Assembly (NCBI GenBank): GCA_051294905.1
Contig: CM119373.1
Span: 34,038,001 to 34,102,000 of the forward strand
Direction of reading: 5' to 3'
DNA length: 64,000 bases
Source of the DNA: Botryllus schlosseri
Taxonomy: Eukaryota
The notes under the pieces: generated by a model
What the model was told of the DNA's origin: nothing
What the model saw: the letters and a program-made list of their open reading frames with translations, nothing else
Databases searched by the model: none
Shown here: positions 23,101 through 34,600 of the stretch, in pieces
How positions within the stretch are numbered: position 1 is the stretch's first letter
How the letters are laid out: every line of letters begins with the position of its first letter
Made by a program: the position numbers and the translations under genes

Positions 23101-26100
23101 TTTCAGAATCTAATATCACAACTGGAAAGTGATGGAATAATCGAAGAGCACACAGGTCCAGCGCCATGGGTTTCCAATCCTGTGCTTACGCCGAAAAGCG
23201 ATGGCAGCCTACGCATGACGATCGACCTGAGGCAAGTCAACCAGGCGATCAAGGCTACTAACATTCCTATACCAAGAGTGGAGGAAATCAAAGCAAGGCT
23301 GGCAGGCAGCAAAGTATTCAGCAAACTGGACTTTAAATCAGCTTTCCACCAATTGCTGCTGGATGAGCAGTCGAAAGCAGTCACTGTATTCCATGCTGGC
23401 CATAGACTCATGCGTTACCGAAAGCTCACAATGGGTGCAAAACCAGCATCAGGCGAGCTCACGAGAGCTCTGATCCCGCTCTTTGCTAATATCAAAGGGG
23501 CCCATGTCATTCATGATGACGTCATCATATCTGGAGAGACTCCTCAGCAACATGACCTAGCTCTCGAAAAGGTCATGAATCGCATCCAGGACGCTGGAAT
23601 GACCCTGAACGCTGACAAATGTGTTTTCAAAAAGCCAGAGATACCTTTCTGGGGTATGATAGTGACTAATAAAGGTATTAAACCAGATCCGGAGAAGGTC
23701 AAAGCTCTGGAGGACGCTTCCCGTCCGAAGTCAAAAGAGGAAGTGATGTCATTCTTGTGCTTCGTTCAATCATTTGGGGACTTCATCTCGCACCTCTCAA
23801 GCAAAACGAAGCACCTCCGCCAATTGACTCAAAAGCATCAAAGGTTCAGGTGGACATCAGAATGCAGCAAGGAATTTAAAAGCCTAAAAAAGGCTCTTAA
23901 AGCAGATACCGCACTGCGATTCTTTGACGTCAAGGCGAAGACATACATATTTGTGGATGCTCATGTGTCAGGCTTGTCTGCAATTCTGGCCCAAGGTCCA
24001 AGCGCAAAGGAATCTAGTATTGTGGCGTTCGCAAGTCGATCCACACGACCGGAAGAAACACGGTATCCGCAGCTAGACTTGGAAGCCATGGCAGTAGACT
24101 TTGGTTTGAGAAGATTCCGCCACTACGTCACTGGAGGACCAGAAGTACTGGTTGTAACGGACCATAAACCGTTAGAGGGCATATTCAAGAACCACAGGAA
24201 AGGCTCTATCCGTACCGACCGTATCAAGATGCGGCATCAAGATATAGCCTACAAGGTGGTGTGGGAGAAAGGTGTTCTAAATCCAGCCGATTACCTTTCA
24301 AGGCATGCCCAGCCAATCGAGTTAGCCCCGCGTTCATGGCAAAATGAAGCATGTGAGTTGGAACGCACTGTTCTCATGATCCAACATGCACCCTACACGG
24401 AATCGTTGTGTATGGATCGCATCATCAAGGAGACAAAGAAAGATAGCCTCCTTAAGCGACTTAGAAAAAGCATCCGGAAGGGTCACATATCAAAAAATGA
24501 CCCGGATCTAAAAGTATTCCGCAAATTTCAAGATCAGTTAACCATCTCGAATGGTTTGGTGCTGAAACAGGACAAGATCATTCTCCCAGAAAAGCTCTGG
24601 GAAACAGCCATCAACAAAGCACACCAAGGAGGTCATCCAGGAATGTGCAACCTGAAGCGACGCATCCGCAGTCACTTCTGGATCAAAGGCTTGAATGAGT
24701 TGGTGGAACAGAAAATCAAATCCTGTACGTTGTGCCAGCAGTTTACACTGCCAGGCAGTAAACAGCCACAGAAACTCATTATGCCGCCTAAACAACCCTG
24801 GCATGAAGTCAGCATAGATTTGTTTGGGCCAATGCCGGATAAACGTCACGCAGTGGTGGTGCAAGACCTGACGACACGGTTTCCGGATGCGACAATCGTC
24901 AAAAGTACCGCAGCTAAGCATGTTATTCCTGCAATAGCGAAAACATACGCTCATTATGGTCAACCTAATACTCATAGGACTGACAATGGCCCTCCGTTCA
25001 ATTCGAAAGAATTTGCTGAATTTTCAAGTAAGCACGGAATCGACCACAAAAAGACGTATCCGTACCATCCACAAGCCAACCCTGTAGAGACTTTTATGAA
25101 GCCTTTGGGCAAGGCGATGAAAATTGCGTATGCGCAAGGTGTGGACAAACAAACGGCACTGCAAGATTTCCTCATTGGATACAGATCAACCCCCCACATA
25201 TCAACCGGGGAATCGCCAGGGGACTTGATGTTGAAAGGAGGGTTCCGAAACGACTTTCCAAGGAAAGTACTCAACAACGACCAAGTACAGAAAGCCTTGC
25301 ACCAAGACCGTCAAACGAAATTACAAAGGCAACAAGTTATCAACAGTTCAAACAAGCGACAACCAAAACATTTTCTAATGGGGCAGCAAGTCATGACTAG
25401 AAACCACAAAAGAAACAAATTTGACCCCATATTTGGCCCTGAGCTCTACACTGTCACGGAGATCTTCAATGACGGCGTTGAACTGATCAACGCATCAACT
25501 GGTAAGCGGTATCGACGTCATTTCAATGATATCAAACCTTATTATGGAGATGCGCTCACAAAACAAGTGCATGCCAATCCACCCATTGAATGGTGGCATC
25601 CGACGGCGGACGAAGTTGAACATTCGGTAAGCCAGCATCCTGAGGAACCAACAACCGTGCCCGAGCCGGTGATCGTCTCTCAGGAACCAGAGGTGAATGA
25701 TGAGGAGCCAGCGATCATCTCTCAAGAGGCGAGCGACGACGTGCCGAACACTCCTCCCGACCGCACGGCTTTGGCCCTAAGCCGTCTGGCCGATTTTAAC
25801 TCGCCCGGTTTTCTGGAAATGTACTGAGCCTATTTGTCTTCCCAAAAGGGGGAAGTATTGATATATCTCAACTTTCGTTTGCAGTAATATGTTCAATTCC
25901 GCAACAATGGCTCATTATAATTGAACACTAGTCGACCGTGACTGATGTCGCGCTCCGCTCGTAGTCGCCAGGCTTCACGCTTACGCGGGAGCTTAACGTT
26001 GTTTGCTGCATTTCTTTATCCTTTCAGATCGTAGTGTGATTGGGGTTATTACCTATTAGCTTGCAATAAAACTGTAGTCACACTCATACTGTGTATTGCG

Positions 26101-26175
26101 TGGGATTTATTAGAACAATCCACCACAAACTTGACAAAGCATCTCTAAGCGCTCTCCTTCTTCAACTTGTGGCAT
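20125..26175 (-). CDS. Divergent 14-finger C2H2 gene (ZF3), 404 aa when the LTR element is removed; interrupted in finger 1
   Basis: Joining 26175-26118 + one GAACA + 21276-20125 restores MPQVEEGERLEMLCQVCGGLFHGKYSLEEHLLTH... without frameshift; the 13 downstream fingers are intact (20125-21282). Confidence 0.85.
21282..21535 (+). repeat. 5' LTR
   Basis: TGATATATC...GGATTTATTA; identical by eye to 25859-26112; contains AATAAA. Confidence 0.95.
21537..21548 (+). promoter_or_regulatory. Primer-binding site, probably tRNA-Ser(GCU)
   Basis: TGGCGACGAGGA, 1 nt after the 5' LTR; complementary to the ...UCCUCGUCGCCA 3' end known for tRNA-Ser(GCU). Confidence 0.75.
21586..25827 (+). CDS. Gag-Pol polyprotein, 1413 aa from first in-frame ATG
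   Basis: Zinc knuckle CHKCGKEGHFRGSTAC; protease ADTGAD; RT with IHDD; RNase H (FVDAH, TDHKPL); integrase HHCC plus D..DNG..E core; no stop or frameshift. Confidence 0.95.
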   Translation: MSEQESKASIDRFDPEHHRSNVHDAFCEFVRTFQYEYAAMAKEPPAAEQDKEVWIEGHKTKIFLGRFSSRNFQRDFEDTVPENDRSTLKFKDLVKCMKSRYEPTRNYTLANYKFHRLSQAMDESFDGFVHRLRREAKACKFVCENANCNVSDIMIRDQIIVGIKSDDIRTNALKNQWDLKALVENGRKIEAASHSAQLIKNETEAAGASDICRVKPKQRYHKHRGSGADAQHKGRCKTCSSNICEGGKSCVARNMTCHKCGKEGHFRGSTACKKNKRAKANRVESESDVSSSSDDDADSVSDASSDASRKKMQSRKKKGIKRVNQSQPFRKVRKVSKPRYRVKVAMAGKPVKAYADTGADLNVMSAKRAAKLKLRLRSTKTYIKPYGSKPIQCCGRYEGFVTFKSSVVSARFYIVPGKVETLLSGRLCEKLGIIKFDGDMETEMSRKVNRVAKGDKLKADVMRAYPSVFTGIGTLKDHEVSFYIDPEVPPVAQAIRPIPFHLQDKFQNLISQLESDGIIEEHTGPAPWVSNPVLTPKSDGSLRMTIDLRQVNQAIKATNIPIPRVEEIKARLAGSKVFSKLDFKSAFHQLLLDEQSKAVTVFHAGHRLMRYRKLTMGAKPASGELTRALIPLFANIKGAHVIHDDVIISGETPQQHDLALEKVMNRIQDAGMTLNADKCVFKKPEIPFWGMIVTNKGIKPDPEKVKALEDASRPKSKEEVMSFLCFVQSFGDFISHLSSKTKHLRQLTQKHQRFRWTSECSKEFKSLKKALKADTALRFFDVKAKTYIFVDAHVSGLSAILAQGPSAKESSIVAFASRSTRPEETRYPQLDLEAMAVDFGLRRFRHYVTGGPEVLVVTDHKPLEGIFKNHRKGSIRTDRIKMRHQDIAYKVVWEKGVLNPADYLSRHAQPIELAPRSWQNEACELERTVLMIQHAPYTESLCMDRIIKETKKDSLLKRLRKSIRKGHISKNDPDLKVFRKFQDQLTISNGLVLKQDKIILPEKLWETAINKAHQGGHPGMCNLKRRIRSHFWIKGLNELVEQKIKSCTLCQQFTLPGSKQPQKLIMPPKQPWHEVSIDLFGPMPDKRHAVVVQDLTTRFPDATIVKSTAAKHVIPAIAKTYAHYGQPNTHRTDNGPPFNSKEFAEFSSKHGIDHKKTYPYHPQANPVETFMKPLGKAMKIAYAQGVDKQTALQDFLIGYRSTPHISTGESPGDLMLKGGFRNDFPRKVLNNDQVQKALHQDRQTKLQRQQVINSSNKRQPKHFLMGQQVMTRNHKRNKFDPIFGPELYTVTEIFNDGVELINASTGKRYRRHFNDIKPYYGDALTKQVHANPPIEWWHPTADEVEHSVSQHPEEPTTVPEPVIVSQEPEVNDEEPAIISQEASDDVPNTPPDRTALALSRLADFNSPGFLEMY
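25844..25855 (+). promoter_or_regulatory. Polypurine tract
   Basis: AAAAGGGGGAAG ending 3 nt before the 3' LTR. Confidence 0.85.
25859..26112 (+). repeat. 3' LTR
   Basis: Direct repeat of 21282-21535, followed by TSD GAACA. Confidence 0.95.
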
Positions 26176-26640
26176 TTAGAGTGTATAGTTACTTGTACCC
26201 GCACGTAGGCTATTGTTATTTCGATACTTCCTAATCAATAAAAGCACACACACACGCATTATAAACAATATATCAGAAACTTCTCCCGAAAGTCCAGAGG
26301 GAATGAAATATTTCTGATACAATAGATAGCATTTGCATCTGTAATTGCCTTCAACTTGATGTAACGTAGTAAACTGAACCATCACAAGACTTCAATACTA
26401 GCAAAACACAATACTTAAAGCAGGAGTATCAAACTCAAAATGGTCTAAGGCCACTTTTCCAATTCTGCAGCGGTCGCAGGCCGTGACAATTCAAATGCAA
26501 GAAAAATTGGGCTTTACATGAGTACACCTCTGAAAAAAAATAATATCATGATCATCACTTTCAGTCTATTTTAAACTACGAGCTGAAAATGATATCTGGT
26601 AACACTTTTCACCGACAAAAAATCAGTGTTGGGGCTAGAT

Positions 26641-27729
26641 CAGGGGTTCTCAGCCCTTTCTTGCGTGGTAATCGACGGCGCTGATATGCCTATTTCTCTG
26701 AAATATGTGCATTTTTCTCCTGATTTACTGATGAAATTGAAACATAAACATTTCGAGGCATTAAGTCGTGCACTCGTGCCCCTTCTAGCTCCCCCAATTC
26801 GGGGTTTGGGTGCGGCAGTTACGGCTCTGGTAGATCATATACTAAAACTTTTAAGTATTTAATGATCGTCCGCTGCTCTATTAGCTTCGCGAAACACAAT
26901 GATCGAATTCCCGCAGACACTGTGTGATTGGGATTTTAGTTCCACCATTGAGGGGAATAGTATAATCATTCTGGGCCAGCTTCAAACAATTCCTTGGTGA
27001 ATGGGGTACTACAGAGGAGTGAAGAAAGATTTTCTTATTATGTATGCTGTACAATGTACATTGTATGTCACGTACTGAACCAACTGAGGTTGCGATGTCG
27101 GAATATTCAATCCAGTGATACTATCAATTCATGTGACTCTTACATTATGTACATTGATTTCCAGGCATGACATTTTAAACAAAACAGACTACAAATATTA
27201 ATGCGCTCCGCTGAATTCTCAATCCATTACTATTTGTTGCGGTGGTGCAGTATACCTCCACCAGAATTTGCTAATAATTTGCAATTATTGTCATTTTTAA
27301 CTTACAATAATACGACCTGCCGAAGTGCAGTGAATCTATACATCAATTACACTTCATTCCGAGTTTATTGCACACCCCTTTCAACGGCATACGACATATG
27401 ACCCTGCCGGAATACTTGGTTACTTCAGCATAACCTTCCAGGTATTATATACGTAAAATTATTTTAGTTGCTGTTAGCCATAGGTAGTCATAGCCAGTGG
27501 AAAAAGCCACCGTTTCTGCCTCCCATTTTCGACTTGAAATGCTACTCCATACGTACCACTACGTCTCATCAGAGTCGGATGAAAATCTTTACATAGCCCA
27601 CGTATAATCAACTAATATCAATTTATTTTTTAGAGATTAACACTCCAAATATCACTAGACTTAAAATTTTCCAAATAGCTCTGCGGCCCACCTCAAATGC
27701 TCTTGCGGTCCACCCTTTGAGAACCCCTG
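26641..27729. mobile_element. Non-autonomous hAT element, 1089 bp
   Basis: 12-bp TIR CAGGGGTTCTCA / TGAGAACCCCTG; 8-bp TSD GGCTAGAT / GGCTGGAT (7 of 8). Confidence 0.85.
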
Positions 27730-28870
27730 GGCTGGATAAATCCGATACCATAGCTGGAACGCTGTTAGAATCTCTCCACGTAAAGGTGGAGATTGATGTT
27801 CTAAGTATCTCAGTCTTGGCAGTATCTGGGCCATTGCATGTCAATGGAGGCTGTTGCCTTCATCGAAGCCGTTTCGGGTGAGGAAGAGTGATGTTGGGCA
27901 CAATAGCTTACCTTATTTTGAACAACAACAATATTTTAAGACTGAATTTCATTTCATCATTTCAAAATGCTTTCGTAAGCTTTTTTCCGGAATTTCAAAT
28001 CACGCCGTTGGCCGCAAATTATCACCAAGCGGTCCCGGTGTTGGTTACCCCTGATTTAAAGGGATATGGTGAATAAAGATAAAGTCCAAAATTGCCCTAC
28101 GGTGCGAGAAATGCATAAGCTGAAGGCAATATACGCAACCTGAGCACCAGCAATTAATTACTGATGAAGCGTCGATCTGAAGATGAATTGAGGGACAGGA
28201 ACATAATACTGTGGAGGGAAAGCCAATGATACTGCAGAAAAGAATAGACAAGCGTGAAATGGTCAAGAATCATTGTATGTAAGCCTACTGTAGCAGTCGA
28301 CCTGCTGCAAAATACACTCTAGTGATTTGAGTTAATACATTTATGTCATGACTCTCTAGTTATACCGGATAACGACCTGGCTGAATTCTTTTCCAGATCG
28401 CGAGCATAGACGCAGGTTCAAGGAGTCAGCTATTTTATCACAGAAACTTGTACAATGTAGATTGATCAAGTTTTAACCATATTGCGGTCTAGTCAAAATA
28501 ACATATAAGATGAAAATAAGAAAATGGCTAAACCAGGACCTACGACTAACAAGTTTCCCACACTGGAATGAGATATGCAGACTGCTTCCCTGTGGGGAAT
28601 GTATAATCAATTGCTTCACTGCATGACCCAATTGACAGGAAGCTCTAATTGATTTAGTTCAACACAATGCTTTTCAATGTATGACCTAATTTGCATTGGC
28701 TGTATAATTGGCGCCCAACTGTGTTACTGTTACAGTCCCCTATATAATATTGTGGGGCTTTCCATGAAGCAGATTATTCATGTAAATATCCTACAGGGCA
28801 GAGCTATAATATAGTAATGGAATATACCTTCTAACACTAGCTGGCAGCTTCTCTGCATTATACTATACAG

Positions 28871-28992
28871 CAGGGGTGTCAAACAATTCGTAAATGCCTT
28901 TTGAATGTCGACAGTCGCCAACATATAATAATTAAATTACGTATCGACAGCCGCACAAATTTCTTTCTACGCCAGCAGGTTGGGCACCCCTG
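28871..28992. mobile_element. 122-bp hAT mini-MITE at the truncation point of a Kelch gene
   Basis: Imperfect TIR CAGGGGTGTCAAAC / GTTGGGCACCCCTG; right flank continues Kelch BTB sequence, no matching TSD on the left. Confidence 0.7.
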
Positions 28993-29205
28993 CTTTAAAT
29001 CAACCACTTCGAACCTGTTCTCGTTGGAGTCGTGGTTGAGTATCGCAGCAAAATAATAAGAACTTACGGCAATGTGAACAGAGATCACCTTTTCTGGTGC
29101 TTTGAATATGAAGTCACAATACTGTTGATTGATTCTTAACTCGTCAAATTTTGATGGAATGTCACCGGCATGACCTGTCGTGCCAATATTCAAAAGATGC
29201 TCCAT
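28993..29205 (-). pseudogene. Truncated BTB-Kelch gene (N-terminal BTB only)
   Basis: MEHLLNIGTTGHAGDIPSKFDELRINQQYCDF...VVDLK, then cut by the mini-MITE. Confidence 0.85.
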
Positions 29206-30059
29206 CACAGTTTACTGGTTAATAGCCAACCCAAAATGTATAGCTCATTCAATAACTTTAAGATTAAAGGTCATCAAAATCGGATTCTGTAAAATGATAG
29301 TAACGGTCAATACTGTTGTATGCAAAGATGAGTTTGGTCATGAAGGAATATCAACATCAACAGGCATTGAAAGGCAAAATATCTTGGATAGAATATTTAT
29401 TCAACAATTTCGTCGTATTCCTGACAAATGGACAAAAGAGAAAATGTATTCGTCCGTGTCAGCGAGGATAAATATTCTTGGGCTCTACAAATTTGCTTTA
29501 TACACCAATTAAACAGAGATGGGCGATACATTTTATGCTTTCGGTGCATGAACATAATTGATCTTATTCATTGGGTCACAGAAGATATCATTATTTGTAC
29601 AAATTAAAGCATACCGAGCCAGCCGCATTTTGGATTTTGATGAAGTGTAAGAAAAAGTCCGAGCATTGTTCCGAGGATCGAAAGTGATGAAATGCAGGAA
29701 TACAGATTGGATCGCAATACATGAAGATGACATAAAAGTGGACTAGCCCTGAAAAATCATACGACGGTACGAGGAATGCAAACATGTTACATTTAAATCA
29801 CCAGCCTAATCCCCAAATGCAGATGTTATCATTCTGATTTCACGCTTATGCAAATGAATATTGTGATGCCACTGCTATAAGACTATGAAAATATCAATTT
29901 CCACGAAGAGGGGCATAGCTCTTGCACAAGTATATCGTTCAAAAATATACGGCAACAGAAGTCTCAACAGTTTGAAGAAAATATCTCGTATGATAGAGGA
30001 AGCAAATATCTCGTATGATAGAGTTTTCAGTTTTTCCCGTTTGTGAAGTCACCAAAGAA

Positions 30060-30260
30060 CATCAGTGAGTCTTATCATGATTTGGTTTTATGCGAAAAGC
30101 CCATCCTGTGACAGTCACAAGTCACAACTCACAACAATTAACCCGGTTTCGGGACCACATTGGTTTTTATTTGGCAGAAGCTCGATTTTGGGAGGAAGCC
30201 AGCAGAAAAGGAATCCAGGCCCACGTTCTACAAGAACAGCGGTGTAACCAATGATTTTAT
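30060..30260 (-). repeat. Copy 2 of segment X
   Basis: Minus frame AVLVERGPGFLFCWLPPKIE; similar to 6800-7080 and 32600-32830. Confidence 0.6.
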
Positions 30261-30603
30261 TTGGCGACCGAAACAAATATTGAAAACATCTTAGATATTT
30301 ACTTGCAGCTTTGTATCTCATTGTTCCAACACAGCAACATTTTGATTGGCTTAAAATATCACAAGAGTTCAACACTACATACACATGGGAAATGGGAATG
30401 GAAGGGAAGGGAGCTTACATACAGCTTACATACAGAGATAAAAAGTATGGAAAAGAGTCATGCACAGTTTTACAAAACCACAGATAACGGACAGAGAACT
30501 AAAGTCGAAAGCCATGCCTTGACCCATGCTCGCATGTTGTATACAAATTCAGTGGCAAGCTATATGCAAAATCACAAATTTGATTCGTTAACGTTTTGTG
30601 GAG

Positions 30604-32259
30604 TCACAAGATTGTTGCCGCTGCATAGATTTCATTATTCAGATATTTCAGGTCCTGACCATTCAAGTCCATCACTAAACTTAGCAAATTAGTTTTGGGA
30701 TTGAACTCGAGGATAGTATTGCACGGCATTTCCCGAATGGCTCCGCCACATATGTATATCTTACCGTCAATGCAATAAGTATCTAAATGTGTCCGATCCG
30801 ATTCGCAGTAATGTGCTGGAATTAGCGTCCAAATACTTTCATCACTGGGTAGCCAAAGAATGTCATTTACATACTCAGTGTTCAAACTTGTTCCGCCAAA
30901 AAGGTAGATGGACTTATTATAGGTACATGCACTTGCATTAGCTCTTTCCACTGGTAATGATGGTCCAACTGACCAAATGGATGTTGTAAAGTTGAAACAT
31001 TCCACAACCCGCACAAACTTCGTCATATCATTGGCATGAAATAGATCATAACCACCAATTGCGTAAAGCTTATCCTGAGATATAGTGTAGGCAGACGAAT
31101 GCACAATAGCTGGCCTGTTGGGAAGCTTAGACCAAATGTTGTTGATTGTGTCATATTGGGCCAAAGACTCTATCATAAAATCATTTGCTAGATAGAATTT
31201 ACCTGAATTACGTGCAACTACAATAGCGTATTCCGGAAATGAACGTTCAAGTTTTCTCCAGGGTGATTCATTTTCAAGAAAATTACGACAGTACATATCA
31301 GATTTGCAATCAATGACATATATGTAGCAGTCCATCACAACTACTGCGTCGAACTCTCTCATACTATCTTTATAATGGAAATGCAGCCGCTCTGTCAAAG
31401 ACTCTCTGTATATGTCAAGCCACATAAAACGTGAATCTTTCACATTCACCATTATAATACTAGGTGTACAATCACCTTTGTAATCACTGGCTTCTACATT
31501 TGATTTTTCCGGTAGTGACTTCATGACGTACATCATGCATTCGGTGGATTTTGCAACAGTTGGTTGCTGAGATAAAAATTTACGGTAGTAGACGGGAATT
31601 TTTTCCAAGTCGATGTGCTTCAGTAATGCAAAAAGTTGGTCGGTGCGATCCAAGTCGTCATTGACCCAAATCATTGTCGCTTTGCACTTGATAACGTCGA
31701 ACACATTCAAATCTTCCGAGGAAATCAAATACTCTATAAAATCGAATTCAAGTTCCTTGAAATCGGCTGTTTTCATGATCGAATGAAAGTGATCGAAAGC
31801 AAAACTTGTGCATGCTTGGTGTAATTGCTGACAGGAATACTTATCAGCAATATACCTGGTATCGAAAAACGAGTCGATGTCAAGATTTTTCCCCAGGAAA
31901 AGTGACATTGCATCGCATAGTCTATAAATCCCAAACAAATGCGCCACATACATTAGTTTTTCCGTTTTTCGTATAAGAAATGAAGCTTGTCCGGTGTACA
32001 TGATATCAATGCAGGTCATCACACATTCAGGATCTACATGCTTTAAATCAACCATTCCCAACATGTTCTCTTTAGTGTCGTGATTGAGCATCGCAGCAAA
32101 ATACTCAGAACTTGCGGCAATGACGCACTTGTGAACAGAGATCTTCTTTTCTCCCGCTTTGATAATGAAGTCGCAGTACTGTTGATTGATTCTGAACTTG
32201 TCAAATTTCGATAGAATGTCGAGGGCATGACCCGTCTTGCTAATATTCAGGTGTTCCAT
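30604..32259 (-). CDS. BTB-BACK-Kelch protein, 551 aa from MEHLNIS (Kelch3; ORF open to 32301)
   Basis: Full-length uninterrupted paralogue of Kelch1 and Kelch2. Confidence 0.93.
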   Translation of the reverse strand: MEHLNISKTGHALDILSKFDKFRINQQYCDFIIKAGEKKISVHKCVIAASSEYFAAMLNHDTKENMLGMVDLKHVDPECVMTCIDIMYTGQASFLIRKTEKLMYVAHLFGIYRLCDAMSLFLGKNLDIDSFFDTRYIADKYSCQQLHQACTSFAFDHFHSIMKTADFKELEFDFIEYLISSEDLNVFDVIKCKATMIWVNDDLDRTDQLFALLKHIDLEKIPVYYRKFLSQQPTVAKSTECMMYVMKSLPEKSNVEASDYKGDCTPSIIMVNVKDSRFMWLDIYRESLTERLHFHYKDSMREFDAVVVMDCYIYVIDCKSDMYCRNFLENESPWRKLERSFPEYAIVVARNSGKFYLANDFMIESLAQYDTINNIWSKLPNRPAIVHSSAYTISQDKLYAIGGYDLFHANDMTKFVRVVECFNFTTSIWSVGPSLPVERANASACTYNKSIYLFGGTSLNTEYVNDILWLPSDESIWTLIPAHYCESDRTHLDTYCIDGKIYICGGAIREMPCNTILEFNPKTNLLSLVMDLNGQDLKYLNNEIYAAATIL

Positions 32260-32599
32260 CACAGTTGACTGATTTATAGCCAAAATATCCAGCGCATGCA
32301 AAAACTAAAATATTGTTAACTAAAATCTGTTTCTGTAACGTCATAAGCATTTTCAGTGGGATAATTAATACAGATAATATAGATTCATATGCAAAATAGC
32401 TCAGCTACTATATTCATTCAATGATCTAATCTTAATCCTAACATATGAATATGAGCAAAATATTTTCAATGCATGAACATAATTGATCTGACACATATGG
32501 TGACCAATGATTATAAATATATGGCAACCGAAGTCAGTGAAGAAAATAATGAATATGATGAAGCCTTTCATTTTTTCGCGTGTATGAGGTTGGTAAAGG

Positions 32600-32830
32600 A
32601 CATCAGTGCTCCGTATCATGATTTGGTTGAAATTTTATGTTTAACGCGTTACTGCTGCAATGATGGCCATTTACCTGGGATGGGGATCATCACTGAAGTT
32701 TGTTGACGGTGACCGGATTTTGGTGGTCAGTCAACTGAAAACGAATCCAGGACCCATGGCGTATGAGCCCAGCAGTGCAAAGACCGAGTTTCAGCGGCTG
32801 CCGAGGAAAATACTTTAGTCATATATTTAA
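32600..32830 (-). repeat. Copy 3 of segment X
   Basis: Minus frame MGPGFVFS*LTTKIR...NFNQIMIR; nucleotide similarity to the other two copies. Confidence 0.55.
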
Positions 32831-33229
32831 TTGCACTTTTGGCTCTTTGATGCAACAATAACATTTTGATCGACTTGAGAACATCCATGGAGAAAGAGTC
32901 ATGCACTCATGCACGCAGTGTGACAGGACCACAGATAACGAGTAATAGCGATGTTTTCTGCAGGATATGGCATATGTAAAATCAAGCTATACGCAAAGTC
33001 ACCAACTTAAGCTGCGTCGCTAACAATATTGATATAGCCTACATGACCTTCATTTTTTAAGTGGACATGCTCAATTGCTCATCATGCGTGGGCCTCACCA
33101 GCCCGGTTTAGAAGATCGACAAATACCAGTACACGCCAGTGAATAAATTAAAAATACTAATCATTGGTACACAATTCAAACTGATATTTGGAAAGGCAAG
33201 CTGTCCTTTCAAACTACATATTCTTAACT

Positions 33230-33640
33230 ATTTTCTCAAAATACAAATACATGGGGTTTTTCAAAGCAGTTTTATTGTTGAAAGACTTCTGGTATATTTC
33301 AGACCAAGATGGATCTTCATGTGTTGCTTCAAACAATTCTCTTGGACGAACGAATGACCACACGTTTAGCACATGGCAAGTTTTCACAATTAGATAGAGT
33401 AGCATATGTTGACGCAGATAAAAAATCATTTGTCACTTCGTTCACACTTGAAGCCTATCACACCAGAATGGCCAGCTGAGTGATGTCTCAAAGATGCCTT
33501 TTGAGTGTATGATTTTCTGGAGATTTTGCAGAGGTAATTTTTCACACCAAGATGGATAGTACTGGTGTGTTGTTCCAAATTTGTAGTGAACAATTTTGAT
33601 GTAGTACCGAGCTAGGATTGTAGACGGAAATCACATTTCT
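33230..33640 (-). pseudogene. Eroded remnant of the 3' part of a ZF3-type zinc-finger gene
   Basis: Collinear with ZF3 20125-~20560, and its flank 33130-33230 matches 20030-20125; many indels. Confidence 0.7.
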
Positions 33641-34600
33641 ACAAACTCGTGCTGAAGTCACAGCAATGCCAAAACGTCCTTTGTGGTGTAGAACTCTCAT
33701 TATTTTCTTCCGTGATACCCAAATACTCAACTAATACATCTAAAGTCTAATACTCAATTGAGAAACAAATCACGCAGGATATCTCTTCTCGATTTTGTCC
33801 AGCCTTATTAACAACACTATCAACAAGCCCCTAACGCGCTTTGAACATTTTCATCATGTACATCGATCAAGGAGTGACCAATACAGAAACATAGCATGAA
33901 AAAGAACAAGCAATAAAATCTTTGCAGCAAATAACGGTACAGGGTCGGAGAGATTGGTTTTGCATATCATGAAGATGTAAAGGAATATGGTGATCCAACG
34001 TGTATCTTTCAACTTTATTTCAATAGGTTTCCATAATTTCCAGTTTATAAAAATCTCTTAGTATTACTCCAAGATATATGTAAATTGTTCCATCACAGTG
34101 ATGTTTTTAAAACCAGAGACGATCAAGGCAATCATCGTCACTAGAAGTACGGTATATCTGTATTGCAAGTAGAAGTGGCGATTTCCAGGACATATACAAA
34201 CAAAATGGATGGTTAGAATTGGTTTAGGGATCACAATACATCTCGAAGTTAACTGAAGCTGGCCACTTTCGAAATTGTAAGACGGATCCTCCTGACCAAC
34301 GCCAAATGACTGCTGAATAGCGTCGAATATTGTTTACACTGCAAAATTGAGTACAAATCGCAGTGTTAGGTCAAAAAAGTTTACAAAGCCAAAATGTTTT
34401 TGCAAAATGCATTTCGTTGCTGTCGGTGAACTCAACTGTTGACAATTTACACCATGTAGCCTACGTAACAGTCTTACTGTGGTAGATGGTCCACTGTTTA
34501 CTCATTTTTAATCATAAACTATCAAATGAAACAAATGAAACAAATAAGTTGGCATGGCATGATGATCAACACACCTAAAAACGAGTAAAATTTTGAATAA

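Larger units (their letters stand above)
21282..26112 (+). mobile_element. Full-length Ty3/Gypsy LTR retrotransposon (Mag-like), 4831 bp
   Basis: Two 254-bp LTRs, 5-bp TSD GAACA (21277-21281, 26113-26117), PBS, PPT, single gag-pol ORF in PR-RT-RH-IN order. Confidence 0.97.

Noticed and set aside
23505-23525. RT active-site motif IHDD instead of YxDD as a sign of inactivity or novelty
   Set aside because: Both catalytic Asp are present and IxDD variants are known in Mag-like Gypsy elements.
30180-30240. FCWLP motif as a GPCR TM6 remnant
   Set aside because: Five-residue match only, no flanking hydrophobic helices, not conserved in frame in all three copies.
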